Assembly (NCBI GenBank): GCA_964584325.1
Contig: CAZOZP010000004.1
Coordinates: 3,559-67,558 of the forward strand
Source of the DNA: an uncultured Melioribacteraceae bacterium
GTDB taxonomy: Bacteria; Bacteroidota; Ignavibacteria; Ignavibacteriales; Melioribacteraceae
Length of the DNA: 64,000 nucleotides
Direction of reading: 5' to 3'
Below, piece by piece: positions 18,364 through 30,329 of the stretch. Position numbers and translations under genes: made by a program. Position 1 is the stretch's first letter; the number at the start of each line of letters is the position of its first letter. The notes under the pieces were generated by a model that saw nothing but the letters and a program-made list of their open reading frames with translations, was not told where the DNA came from and made no database searches.

Positions 18364-20859
18364 TTATAATAATGAATCTTCTTGTATATCGTTATTTTCA
18401 TCCGTTACGTTTTCATCATTTACGGACGACTCATCGTCAACTGAAACTACTCTTGCAATATCTGCAATTACTTCACCTTCTTTTAATGATATAAGCTTAA
18501 CGCCCTGAGTGTTTCTTCCCATTACTCTCAATTCTTTAATGGACTGACGTATAACAATACCGCTGCTTGAAATAATTACCAGTTCATCTGTATCATTTAC
18601 TTCTTTCATAGCAATTAAGTTTCCGTTTCGATCATTTGTTTTAACGGTAATAATTCCTTTTCCACCTCTCTTTGTAACTCGATATTCACTGATATCAGTA
18701 CGCTTTCCATATCCATTCTCAGTAACACATAACAATGTTCCGGATGATTTAACTACAATTACACCGATTACCTCATCATCTTTAGAAAGTTTTATACCTC
18801 TTACTCCGGTAGCAACTCTACCCATCTCTCTTACTTCTGTTTCATTGAATCTTATTGCAATGCCTTTTTTTGTTCCGATAATAAGATCATTATTTCCATC
18901 GGTAAGTTTTGCTTCGATAAGAAGATCATCCTGTAAAAGATTTATTGCATTTATGCCGCCTTTTCTAACATTAGAATAAGCATTTAGATTTGTTTTTTTG
19001 ATAGTACCATTTTTAGTAACCATTACAAGACTCTTATCTGAACTAAATTCTTTAACAGTAACAAAAGCTGATATTTTTTCATCTTTGTTCAATTCAACAA
19101 CATTCTGAATAGCTCTTCCTCTTGCTGCGCGTCCTCCTTCCGGTACTTCGTGCACCTTAAGCCAATAACATCTGCCTTTATCTGTGAAGAAAAGAATATA
19201 CTGATGTGTTGAAGCAACAAACATATGTTCGATGAAATCATCCTCTTTAGTTCCTGCTCCTGTAACCCCTCTTCCTCCTCTGGTTTGCCTTCTATAACCA
19301 CTCACAGGAAATCTCTTTATAAATCCTTTGTGCGAAATCGTTACTACTACATCTTCTTCAGCAATAACATCTTCAAGCGAGAATTCTTTAAAATCTTTTA
19401 TCAGATCTGTTCTTCGTGCATCACCGTACTTTTCCTTTACTGCTGTAAGTTCTTGTGCAATGAGCAGGTTTCTTTTTTCTTCGCTTTCCAAAATTCCTTT
19501 TAATCTTTCTATTAATTGAATTATTTCTCTATATTCTTCTTCAATCTTATGCCTTTCCAATCCTGTTAATCTTTGCAGACGCATATCAAGAATTGCTTTT
19601 GCTTGAATTTCAGATAATCCGAATTTTGATATTAAATTGATTTTAGCTTCTTCAGTATCTTTTGATTTTTTGATTGTCTGAATTACTTCATCAATGTTAT
19701 CCAAAGCAATAATATAGCCTTCCAATATATGTGCTCTTCGTTCTGCAGCATCTAACTCGAATTTTGTTCTTCGAATAAGCACTTCCATTCTGTGATCAAG
19801 AAAGTATCTCATCATTTCTTTTAGTGTAAGTACTTTAGGTTGTCCGTTTACCAGGGCTAAGTTAATAACCCCGAAAGTAACTTGCATTTGTGTATGTTTA
19901 AAAAGCTGATTGATAATAACTTCAGGCTGCGAATCTCTTTTTGTTTCAATTACTATCCTCATACCGTCTCTGTCAGATTCATCGCGCAGGTTTGAAATAT
20001 CATTCAATTTACCTTCACGTACTAAATCAGCCATCTTTTCTATTAAGTTGGCCTTGTTGACCTGATACGGAATTTCTGTAACTATTATATTTACTCTATC
20101 ATTCTTTAAAGTTTCAATATTTGCTCTTGCTCTTAGAATTACTCTTCCACGTCCGGTAGTATAAGCATCCTTAACGCCCTCATAACCAAATATAATTCCG
20201 CCTGTTGGAAAGTCTGGAGCCTTAACAAAAGCCATGAGCTCTTCTATTGTTATTTCAGGATTATTCATAAGTGCTATGAGACCATCAACAACCTCATTTA
20301 AGTTATGAGGCGGAATATTGGTTGCCATTCCAACTGCTATACCACTGGAACCATTTACCAAAAGGTTTGGAAGATAAGAGGGGAGCACAACCGGTTCCTG
20401 TAGAGATTCATCAAAATTTGATGCAAAATCCACTGTGTTTTTATCTATATCTCTAAGCATTTCATCAGCAATTCTATCCATTCTTGCTTCTGTGTACCTC
20501 ATAGCAGCAGCTGAATCCCCGTCAACAGAACCAAAATTTCCTTGTCCGTCAACAAGAGGATACCTTAATGAAAATGGTTGAACCATTCTCACCATTGTAT
20601 CATAAACGGCTGAATCTCCGTGCGGATGATACTTACCAAGAACTTCTCCGACTATTCTTGCTGATTTTTTATAAGCTCTATTATATGTAACACCAAGTTC
20701 ATGCATTCCGAACAAAACTCTTCTGTGAACAGGCTTTAACCCATCTCTGACATCTGGTAATGCTCTGGATACAATAACAGACATGGCATAATCTATATAA
20801 GATGATTTCATTTCATCTTCAAGTAAAACTGGTACTATTTTTTCAAAAATCGTTGTCAT
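18364..20859 (-). CDS. gyrA: DNA gyrase subunit A
   Basis: 831 aa. [35 protein letters not shown] (active-site Tyr) and a C-terminal beta-pinwheel with an acidic tail. Confidence 0.97.
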   Translation of the reverse strand: MTTIFEKIVPVLLEDEMKSSYIDYAMSVIVSRALPDVRDGLKPVHRRVLFGMHELGVTYNRAYKKSARIVGEVLGKYHPHGDSAVYDTMVRMVQPFSLRYPLVDGQGNFGSVDGDSAAAMRYTEARMDRIADEMLRDIDKNTVDFASNFDESLQEPVVLPSYLPNLLVNGSSGIAVGMATNIPPHNLNEVVDGLIALMNNPEITIEELMAFVKAPDFPTGGIIFGYEGVKDAYTTGRGRVILRARANIETLKNDRVNIIVTEIPYQVNKANLIEKMADLVREGKLNDISNLRDESDRDGMRIVIETKRDSQPEVIINQLFKHTQMQVTFGVINLALVNGQPKVLTLKEMMRYFLDHRMEVLIRRTKFELDAAERRAHILEGYIIALDNIDEVIQTIKKSKDTEEAKINLISKFGLSEIQAKAILDMRLQRLTGLERHKIEEEYREIIQLIERLKGILESEEKRNLLIAQELTAVKEKYGDARRTDLIKDFKEFSLEDVIAEEDVVVTISHKGFIKRFPVSGYRRQTRGGRGVTGAGTKEDDFIEHMFVASTHQYILFFTDKGRCYWLKVHEVPEGGRAARGRAIQNVVELNKDEKISAFVTVKEFSSDKSLVMVTKNGTIKKTNLNAYSNVRKGGINAINLLQDDLLIEAKLTDGNNDLIIGTKKGIAIRFNETEVREMGRVATGVRGIKLSKDDEVIGVIVVKSSGTLLCVTENGYGKRTDISEYRVTKRGGKGIITVKTNDRNGNLIAMKEVNDTDELVIISSSGIVIRQSIKELRVMGRNTQGVKLISLKEGEVIADIARVVSVDDESSVNDENVTDENNDIQEDSLL

Positions 20860-20876
20860 TTCTTCAATCCGTTTAA

Positions 20877-22847
<1,971 letters not shown>

Positions 22848-22851
22848 TCAT

Positions 22852-23136
22852 TTAAGCTAAAAATTTTATTTTTTCTATTAAATTTTCATCAAATTTTGTA
22901 TTTATTTTTTCACAAAGTCTTTTCTGAATTATATGAAGTTCATTTCTCCATACAGAATTTTCAACTTTTAAAAAAAGTATTTTTTTTTCAATTTTTACCG
23001 GATTAGCAATTGTCTGTAATTCTGGAAAAATATTAAAGAATTCTTCTATCACTCTATGTTTTTTAACATAAGTATTTATGTTTTCAAAATATTGGCTATT
23101 TAATATATCTGCAACTGACTTAAATGTCTCAGACAT
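22852..23136 (-). CDS. DUF721 (DciA-like) protein
   Basis: 94-aa protein between recF and gyrB, the conserved position of DUF721 genes. Overlaps the recF 3' end by 8 nt. Sequence-level assignment is weak. Confidence 0.5.
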   Translation of the reverse strand: MSETFKSVADILNSQYFENINTYVKKHRVIEEFFNIFPELQTIANPVKIEKKILFLKVENSVWRNELHIIQKRLCEKINTKFDENLIEKIKFLA

Positions 23137-24241
23137 AAGAAATTTTACCGTTTTTCATATAAAATATTTTATCTGACTTCTCTATTGCAATATTTTCTAT
23201 CTTTGAAAAGTCTGTTAATGTTATGAAAGCTTGACCTATACTACTCATAAAACTGCTAATTTTTGCAGACCTTTCTGTATCAAGCTCACCAAAAATGTCA
23301 TCCATTAAAAATATTGGTGTTTTTCGAATTTTATCTTTCAAGAAAAAAAACTGTGCAAATTTTAGAGCAATTTGAAATGTTTTATTCTGGCCTTGTGATC
23401 CAAATTTTTTCAAATCATTACCATTAATTGAAAATTGTAAATCATCTCTATGTGGACCAATTAAATTAATGCCTTTTCTAATTTCCTCATCTTTAAATTG
23501 CTTCAAACTCATTTTGTATTTTTCATCGAGTTCATTATCATTTATAAATTCTATTGACTTAAATATAATATCAGGTTTTTCTTTTTCTTTTAGCAGATTC
23601 ACATATACTTCTTTCAGATAATTATTAAGTTCACAAATAAATACTTTTCTTCTTTTTATAATTTCTGTACCGCATTTAATAAGATTTTCGTTCCACGCTG
23701 TTAATTCATCAAGTAATGAATAATTTCTTGTTTCTCTTATCTGATTTAATAAAGCAGCTCTATTTTTTAAAATTTTTTGATATTCTAATAAGAATTCAAG
23801 ATATGTTTTATTTGCTTGTGAAAGAACGGAATCTGTAAATTTTCTTCTATCTGCCGGTGAACCTTTAGTTATTGATAAATCTGACTGAGTTAATGTTACA
23901 ACCGGAAAATGCCCAATTAGTTCTGAACTTTTTTGTAATTCTTTATCATTTAAAATAATGTTCTTCTTTTTGGTATCAGCTGAATAATATACTCTTACTT
24001 CGTTAGTAGAATTCTCATTAAATCTACCTCTTAAATCAAAAAAATTTTCGTTAAACCTAACTGCATCTGAATCATTTAATTGTAACAAATTTTTTGATGT
24101 ACATAAATAATAAACGGCTTCTAATACTGTTGTTTTACCTTCTCCATTACCACCAATAAAATAATTAAGTCCGAAGCCTGGGTCAAATTCTGTTTCTGTA
24201 TGAAGTTTTAGATTTTTTATTGATAACGATTCAAGAAACAT
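23129..24241 (-). CDS. recF: DNA replication and repair protein RecF
   Basis: FIGGNGEGKTTVLEA Walker A, SQGQNKT signature-like block, LMDDIFGELD Walker B. dnaN-recF synteny. Confidence 0.9.
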   Translation of the reverse strand: MFLESLSIKNLKLHTETEFDPGFGLNYFIGGNGEGKTTVLEAVYYLCTSKNLLQLNDSDAVRFNENFFDLRGRFNENSTNEVRVYYSADTKKKNIILNDKELQKSSELIGHFPVVTLTQSDLSITKGSPADRRKFTDSVLSQANKTYLEFLLEYQKILKNRAALLNQIRETRNYSLLDELTAWNENLIKCGTEIIKRRKVFICELNNYLKEVYVNLLKEKEKPDIIFKSIEFINDNELDEKYKMSLKQFKDEEIRKGINLIGPHRDDLQFSINGNDLKKFGSQGQNKTFQIALKFAQFFFLKDKIRKTPIFLMDDIFGELDTERSAKISSFMSSIGQAFITLTDFSKIENIAIEKSDKIFYMKNGKISYV

Positions 24242-24242
24242 A

Positions 24243-25370
24243 CTAATTATTGAGCCTAATAGGCATAATCACCATTGTTAAATCTTCTGAATCTAATTTT
24301 TGAGCTGGTACGATAACTACGGCTTTATGTCCAGAAGAGAATTTAAACATAATATTTTCCAAATCTGAACAGTGCGCTAATACTTCATTTAAAATCAATC
24401 CGTTGAATCCTATTTCAAACATACTACCCTCATAGAGGCATTCCATATTTTCAATACCTCGTGAAGAATTAGAAGAATCTTCTGTTGAAATTTCAAGATT
24501 ATTATCTAATATTCGAAATTTCACTTTTCTTATTGAACCTTGAGAAAATAAAAGCATTCTTTTTACAGCAGAATGAAGTTCAGCTGTATTCACTTCTAAA
24601 ATATTGTCGTTGTTAATAGGTACAACTGAATTGAAATCTGGGTATGTATAACCTATAAGCCGTGACACCATTTCAAGACTTTCAGTTTTTATAGCAAAAT
24701 ACGTTTTAGTACATTTAATATCTAATTCTGTTTCATCTGAAATTTTATTAACAATAGCTGCAACTTTTTCCTGTACTATCATATTTGCTGAAGACAAATG
24801 CTTAATAGATTTATTTAGATAATTTACTAACCTTTGTCCATCCGTTGCAACTGTTCTTATTCCTTCTTCATCAAATGATAAAAAAATACCATTTAATGCT
24901 GGTTTCATCTCTTCTTTTGAAATTGCAAATGCAGTTTTTTCAAAACATTTTTTGATTTCTGAAGAAGTGATTTTTGTGTTTAGAATTACTTCTTCTTTGT
25001 CTTCGTTTAATTCATCAATTTTTGGATAATCTTCAGAACGCAAATAGCTTAAAGAGTATTTGCCTTTTTTTGTTGATAAAAGAATTTGGTTATTTTCCTG
25101 CAAAATAAACTCAATGTCAATATTGTTAAGAGCTCTTACTACATCATAAAAGAGTCGGGCATTTACTGCAATGCTTTTGTTAATATCTGATTCAATATTT
25201 ATATAAGTTTTTAATGAATTATCATGATCAGTAGCACTTATAATTAATTTATCTGATTTAATTTCAATCAGAAAGTTTTCTAACATTGGCATCGGCGATT
25301 TTGCTCTTACAACAGTAATAACATTAGAAAGACTTTTTTCTAATAGAGATGAATTAATTTTAAAGCTCAT
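24243..25370 (-). CDS. dnaN: DNA polymerase III beta sliding clamp
   Basis: About 375 aa three-domain clamp, with ATDGQRLV and MPIRLN at the C-terminus. Lies immediately downstream of dnaA. Start moved to ATG 25370 (MSFKINSS...). Confidence 0.9.
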   Translation of the reverse strand: MSFKINSSLLEKSLSNVITVVRAKSPMPMLENFLIEIKSDKLIISATDHDNSLKTYINIESDINKSIAVNARLFYDVVRALNNIDIEFILQENNQILLSTKKGKYSLSYLRSEDYPKIDELNEDKEEVILNTKITSSEIKKCFEKTAFAISKEEMKPALNGIFLSFDEEGIRTVATDGQRLVNYLNKSIKHLSSANMIVQEKVAAIVNKISDETELDIKCTKTYFAIKTESLEMVSRLIGYTYPDFNSVVPINNDNILEVNTAELHSAVKRMLLFSQGSIRKVKFRILDNNLEISTEDSSNSSRGIENMECLYEGSMFEIGFNGLILNEVLAHCSDLENIMFKFSSGHKAVVIVPAQKLDSEDLTMVIMPIRLNN

Positions 25371-25485
25371 ATGATCTCCAAATTGACTATTTAAAATACC
25401 AAAATTTATATAAATTATCAATTTTGTTAACAAATAAGTATTTAAATATATGTTTATTTTAAATATATTGTTTTATTAATACCTA

Positions 25486-25654
25486 TGTTGATATGTTGAT
25501 AACTTTTTATTTGTTTATTATTAAAACAGTTACAAGAATAGTTATTCTATAAAAAATGTTGATAAGTTATTAAGAAAAAAGACTTATTAACATTGTGTTA
25601 ATATTCATTAGTTTATTAACAAGTTATCATCTGGCTTTCAACAGTTTATCAACA
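25486..25654. promoter_or_regulatory. oriC part 1: DnaA-box cluster in the dnaA-dnaN intergenic region
   Basis: TTATCAACA-type 9-mers at 25494-25502(-), 25557-25565(-) and 25646-25654(+). Variants at 25486-25494(-) ATATCAACA and 25624-25632(+) TTATCATCT. Surrounding sequence is strongly AT-rich. Confidence 0.75.
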
Positions 25655-25679
25655 ATAATAATGAACAAAAAAAAGGGAG

Positions 25680-27071
25680 CTAAAAAGCTCCCAACTCAAT
25701 TTTACTCTTAATAGTATCTATTGAATCTTTCAATTTTAAATCATTTAAAACGTCTTCTTCAATTGAATTAATTGCATGAATAACTGTAGAATGATCTCTT
25801 CCACCAAAATGAAGTCCAATAGTTTTTAGAGAAGACTTTGTCATTATTTTAGAAAGATACATTGCAACCATTCTAGCTACGACAACTTCCTTTCTTCTAT
25901 TTTTTTCTCTTACTCTATTTTCTTCAACACAATAATGTTCACAAACAATTTTTGTTATATAATCAATAGAAACATTCATTTTTCTATTAGATGATATATC
26001 TCTAACTGTTTTTCTTGCCATTTCCATATCAATTTCTTTTGAACTAAAATTAGAATTTGCAAGCAGTTTTACAAGACAACCTTCTAATTCTCTTATATTC
26101 GAAGTTATATTATAGGCTATAAACTCGATTATTTCATTATTAAGATTAAATATTCCGAAATTGTCGCACTTATTTTTGAGTATAGCTATTCTTGTTTCAA
26201 AATCAGGTGGCTGAATATCTGCCTGCAGGCCCCACTGAAATCTGGAGGTTAATCTTTCATTCAGTCCTTTAAGTTCTTTAGGAGGCTTATCGCTAGAAAG
26301 AATAATTTGTTTTTCAGCCTGATGAAGTTCATTAAAAATATGAAAGAAATGTTCTTGTGTTTTATCTTTTCCTACAAGAAACTGAATATCATCAATAATC
26401 AGAACATCCATTTTTCTATAAAATGTAGAGAACTCATTTAACTTATTATTCTGTATAGCTTCAACAAATTCCATAGTAAAAGCATCTGAACTTAAATATA
26501 TAATCTTTTTATTTTTATATTTTTCATTGATTTTATTTCCTATTGCATGAAGTAAATGAGTTTTACCTAAACCAACACCTCCATAAACAAAAAATGGATT
26601 AAATGATGTTTCCCCTGGGGATGTTGAAATTGCAACAGCAGCAGCTCTGGCAAGCTGGTTGTTATCACCTTTTATGAAGTTTTCAAATGTGTATTTTGGA
26701 TTAATATAAGATTCATGTTCTGGTTTTTGTTCAACAATGGTAGCGGAAATATTTTTTGAATATATTTCAACATGTTCAGCAATTTCTTCTTGAGATTCAG
26801 AAACTTTGTATGAAATCTCTGCTTCATCTCCTATAATCTTATGAATTGTTTCTTTAATTAGAAAACAGTAATGTTCTTCTATCCATTCAATAAAAAAGCT
26901 GTTTGGGACTTCTACTTTCAATTCATTATCTGTTTTACTAATTGGTTTAATAGGTATAAACCAAGTGTTATAAGTTAATGAGCTTACATTTTCTTTGATA
27001 TGTTCAAGACATTTACGCCAAACTGCATTATGATCTTCTTTAACCATAAAAGTAATTTCTGCCGTCTCCAT
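25680..27071 (-). CDS. dnaA: Chromosomal replication initiator DnaA
   Basis: 463 aa. NPFFVYGGVGLGKTHLLHAIGN Walker A, LIIDDIQFL Walker B, and a C-terminal DNA-binding domain with GGRDHSTVIHA. Confidence 0.97.
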   Translation of the reverse strand: METAEITFMVKEDHNAVWRKCLEHIKENVSSLTYNTWFIPIKPISKTDNELKVEVPNSFFIEWIEEHYCFLIKETIHKIIGDEAEISYKVSESQEEIAEHVEIYSKNISATIVEQKPEHESYINPKYTFENFIKGDNNQLARAAAVAISTSPGETSFNPFFVYGGVGLGKTHLLHAIGNKINEKYKNKKIIYLSSDAFTMEFVEAIQNNKLNEFSTFYRKMDVLIIDDIQFLVGKDKTQEHFFHIFNELHQAEKQIILSSDKPPKELKGLNERLTSRFQWGLQADIQPPDFETRIAILKNKCDNFGIFNLNNEIIEFIAYNITSNIRELEGCLVKLLANSNFSSKEIDMEMARKTVRDISSNRKMNVSIDYITKIVCEHYCVEENRVREKNRRKEVVVARMVAMYLSKIMTKSSLKTIGLHFGGRDHSTVIHAINSIEEDVLNDLKLKDSIDTIKSKIELGAF

Positions 27072-27247
27072 TTTTAGTTATCCACATTATTAAAATTATT
27101 ATTTATTTTTATTATTATTGTAAATTAAAGAACAAAAATGCACAAAATATTAACTTGTAAACTCTTAATTATTGTATAACTTATTGAAATATAATAATAT
27201 ACAAAAAAATTAAAGAATCAAACATAGACTTATATAAAAACATGAAA

Positions 27248-27265
27248 ATGTGAAACGTTTCACAT
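27248..27265. promoter_or_regulatory. Perfect 18-bp palindrome ATGTGAAACGTTTCACAT in oriC
   Basis: Self-complementary on direct reading. Lies 18 nt upstream of the DnaA box at 27284. Confidence 0.6.
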
Positions 27266-27315
27266 GATAAATTTATTAACAAGTTATCAACATATCGTGT
27301 GTATGTCTCATGTGG

Positions 27316-27331
27316 TGTGAAAATATTCACA
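27316..27331. promoter_or_regulatory. TGTGA-N6-TCACA inverted repeat (TGTGAAAATATTCACA) in oriC
   Basis: Arms TGTGAA/TTCACA are identical to the neighbouring palindrome arms. Confidence 0.45.
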
Positions 27332-27700
27332 AAAACAATACATAGCAAATTAAATCTAAATGTTTTTTCTAAGTAGTTAAATTTTATAGAATTAGAATTA
27401 TTACGAGTTAGAAATAATGACAAATAGAATACAATATAAAATCTTAAATAAATATAAAAGTAAATAAATAAAGGTAGTTTAATCTCCTTGTTTATAAAAG
27501 TTATCAACATTATAAAAAAGTCAAAAAGTTCAAATATGAATTGAAATGAAGGAAATGAAAAATTAGAAAAAATTATATTAACATATTATTAACATTAAAT
27601 AAAATTCATAAGACAAGAAAATAAAATAAGATAGCAATAAATCACACAATTAGTAAACAAAGTAGGTAAAAAATATAAAAGAAACAGTATCTTATTAAAA

Positions 27701-27718
27701 ACGTGAAACGTTTCACGT
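27701..27718. promoter_or_regulatory. Perfect 18-bp palindrome ACGTGAAACGTTTCACGT in oriC
   Basis: Self-complementary on direct reading. Lies 19 nt upstream of the DnaA box at 27738. Confidence 0.6.
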
Positions 27719-27840
27719 AATCTCTTATATAAACAAGTTATCAACACTACGAAAAATCAATTTATTTGGAATTTACTAAAAATAAATTGTAGAATTTCAT
27801 ATGTTGAGTATATTATTATGATAAATATTATCGAGGTAAA

Positions 27841-28764
27841 ATGAAGATTGTAATTACAGGTGGTGCGGGTTTTATTGGTAGCCATATTGCTGAATATTGG
27901 AATTCCAAGGGCGCTGAAGTAGCCGTTATTGATAATCTGCGAAGCGGGTATATAAAGAATATTATTAAGCTTAATAATGTGGTTCTACACAATATTAGTA
28001 TAACTGATAAAGAAAGTGTCAATCGTATTATTAAAGAAGCGGATTTTGTTTTTAATCTTGCAGCAATGATCTCAGTTCCTGAATCAATTGAAAAGCCGAC
28101 AGAATGCGTTGATATTAATATTTTAGGATTAATAAATGTTCTTGATGCTTGTGTAAAAGGTGGAGTAAGGAAATTAATTCATACTAGTTCAGCGGCTATA
28201 TATGGAGACAATCCAGTCTTACCAAAAAAAGAAAATTTGCTGCCTGAGCCAAAGTCACCATACGGTGTTACAAAACTTGATGGAGAATATTATTTAAATA
28301 TATATTCTGAAAATTATGGATTAAAAACTACTTCTCTTAGATATTTCAATGTTTACGGACCTAGACAGGATCCTAAAAGTCAGTATGCAGCTGCTATACC
28401 AATCTTTATTTTTAGAGCATTGAAAAATATGGATATAACTATCTATGGAGATGGGAGTCAGACGAGAGATTTTATTTATGTTAAAGATATTGTTAAGGCC
28501 AATGTTCTAGCGGCCGAATCAAATCAGAAAACAGGACTTTACAACGTAGCAAACGGTTCGGCTATATCAATTCTTGAATTAGCGCAAAAGATTATTAATG
28601 TAACTGGTTCAAAGAGTAAAATTCTTTTTGCTGCCGAAAGGGCAGGTGATATTAAGCATAGCATAGCTTCAATTGAGGCAATTAGATTAGGCTTGGGATT
28701 TGAAGCCGATTATAATCTTGATGAAGGATTAAAGCAAACTATAGAATATTTCAGTACAATTTAA
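27841..28764 (+). CDS. NAD-dependent sugar-nucleotide epimerase/dehydratase (extended SDR)
   Basis: MKIVITGGAGFIGSH Rossmann motif, SSAAIYG, and YGVTK (YxxxK catalytic). Confidence 0.85.
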   Translation: MKIVITGGAGFIGSHIAEYWNSKGAEVAVIDNLRSGYIKNIIKLNNVVLHNISITDKESVNRIIKEADFVFNLAAMISVPESIEKPTECVDINILGLINVLDACVKGGVRKLIHTSSAAIYGDNPVLPKKENLLPEPKSPYGVTKLDGEYYLNIYSENYGLKTTSLRYFNVYGPRQDPKSQYAAAIPIFIFRALKNMDITIYGDGSQTRDFIYVKDIVKANVLAAESNQKTGLYNVANGSAISILELAQKIINVTGSKSKILFAAERAGDIKHSIASIEAIRLGLGFEADYNLDEGLKQTIEYFSTI

Positions 28765-28765
28765 G

Positions 28766-29737
28766 ATGAAAATAGCTATTATTTTTACTGGTGGCACTTT
28801 TTCAATGAAAATCGACCCACATACAGGTGGGGCAATTCCATTTTTTCATGGTGAAGATTTGATTAAATTGATTCCTGAAGCAGGACGTATGTGTGAATTA
28901 GAAATATTAAATTTCGGAAACTATCCAGGTCCACATATAACACCTGAGCTAATGCTAGAACTCTCATTTTTAGTTAGAGAAACTTCAGAAAGAGATGATA
29001 TAAATGGGATAATTGTAACTCATGGAACTGATACATTGGAAGAAACTGCATATTTTCTTGATCTTAATGTTGATACTGAAAAACCTGTCGTAATTATTGG
29101 TGCGATGAAAACAAGTTCTGAAAAAGATTGGGACGGACCAAGAAATTTGATAGATGCAATACAAATAATATCAAATATAAACAGCAAGGGGATGGGTGTA
29201 CTTGTTTGCCTTAACGGAGAAATTAATGCAGCAAGTGAAGTAACTAAGACGCACACAGAAGAACTCGAAACCTTTCATAGTCTTGATTTTGGAGCATTAG
29301 GTTTTGTTGAAAAAGGAAGAGTAATTTATAATAGGATACCACGAAAACAAGAAAAGTTGTTAACAGATACTATTAATTCAAATGTTGATCTTATTACAAC
29401 TTACACAGGTATGAGTGAAAAATTCTTAAGATATTCAGCAGATACCGGTACCGAAGGGATCGTAATTCAGGCGATGGGAGTTGGAAACGTTCCACCGGCT
29501 GTTTTCGACGGTGTTGTTTACGCATTAAAAAAGAATATACCGGTAATTCTTGTATCAAGATGCCCTGCAGGAGAAACTCTGGATATTTATGGTTATCCTG
29601 GTGCAGGTAAATGGCTAAAGAAAGAAGGTGTTATCTTTTCAGAGTATCTTAACGGACAAAAGGCCCGAATTAAGTTGATATTGGCATTGGGAATATCAAG
29701 CGATAAAAACAAGCTAAAGGAAATCTTCGAAAATTAG
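28766..29737 (+). CDS. L-asparaginase (type I-like)
   Basis: IIFTGGTFSM (active-site Thr) and IIVTHGTDTLEETAYFL, the asparaginase/glutaminase signatures. Confidence 0.8.
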   Translation: MKIAIIFTGGTFSMKIDPHTGGAIPFFHGEDLIKLIPEAGRMCELEILNFGNYPGPHITPELMLELSFLVRETSERDDINGIIVTHGTDTLEETAYFLDLNVDTEKPVVIIGAMKTSSEKDWDGPRNLIDAIQIISNINSKGMGVLVCLNGEINAASEVTKTHTEELETFHSLDFGALGFVEKGRVIYNRIPRKQEKLLTDTINSNVDLITTYTGMSEKFLRYSADTGTEGIVIQAMGVGNVPPAVFDGVVYALKKNIPVILVSRCPAGETLDIYGYPGAGKWLKKEGVIFSEYLNGQKARIKLILALGISSDKNKLKEIFEN

Positions 29738-29764
29738 TGTGATTAATCGCGAAAGGACTACACA

Positions 29765-30280
29765 ATGTGGCTTAAGATAAAACCATGGATAGGATCTATT
29801 ATCCTAATTCCTTTTATTTTGTATTTTGCTCTTAATAAGGGAAAGTTTTTTGCTTTGGATTTTGTAAATCTCTTAATTCACGAAGGGGGCCACGGGATAT
29901 TTAGAATTTTTGGCGAGTTTATTTATTTTGCTGGCGGAACTATAATGCAGCTTTTAATTCCATTTCTTTTTGTGGTTGTTTACTATAGAAGCAGGAATAT
30001 ATATACAGTTCAGTTTTCAGCGTTATGGCTGGGTGAAAGTATGATCAATGTTAGTGTTTATGCTGCAGATGCCAGAGCAAAGCAACTTCCACTTTTAGGA
30101 GGCAATAAAGTAATTCATGATTGGTGGTGGATGCTAAATAAAATTGATATGCTTGAATATGACATTATAATTGGAAATTTTTTCTTTTACTGTGCAGTTT
30201 TAATTATGATCTCTGCATTATTTATACCTTTGGTTTTAATAAAGGAAGAAAGCAAAATTAATTTGGATTTAGATATATAG
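29765..30280 (+). CDS. Hypothetical polytopic membrane protein with HExxH motif
   Basis: 4-5 predicted TM helices. LIHEGGHGIF contains HEGGH. No family recognised. Confidence 0.4.
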   Translation: MWLKIKPWIGSIILIPFILYFALNKGKFFALDFVNLLIHEGGHGIFRIFGEFIYFAGGTIMQLLIPFLFVVVYYRSRNIYTVQFSALWLGESMINVSVYAADARAKQLPLLGGNKVIHDWWWMLNKIDMLEYDIIIGNFFFYCAVLIMISALFIPLVLIKEESKINLDLDI

Positions 30281-30329
30281 ATAGTTAGATTGAATCTGAT
30301 TTTAATAATGAACAAAATATTTTTTGAAA

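Larger units (their letters stand above)
27078..27746. promoter_or_regulatory. oriC part 2 / dnaA promoter region: DnaA boxes, AT-rich tracts and palindromes
   Basis: Perfect TTATCCACA at 27078-27086, 7 nt upstream of the dnaA start. TTATCAACA at 27284-27292, 27501-27509 and 27738-27746, mostly within AAGTTATCAACA. Long, almost pure A/T tracts at 27087-27240 and 27540-27660. Confidence 0.75.

Noticed and set aside
19089-19519. Short ORFs on both strands inside gyrA. Similar ones occur inside fbaA, gyrB, clpB, mnmG, nadC, ispG, the histidine kinase and the methyltransferase (for example 39957-41073 and 62572-63349).
   Set aside because: They are embedded in, or antisense to, long well-supported genes and have no motifs. 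These are typical shadow ORFs.
27181-27510. 109-aa minus-strand ORF in the track upstream of dnaA
   Set aside because: It lies wholly in the A/T-rich oriC region. The translation is low-complexity (I/F/Y/L/N-rich). It overlaps DnaA boxes and palindromes and has no recognisable motif. Treated as a chance ORF.
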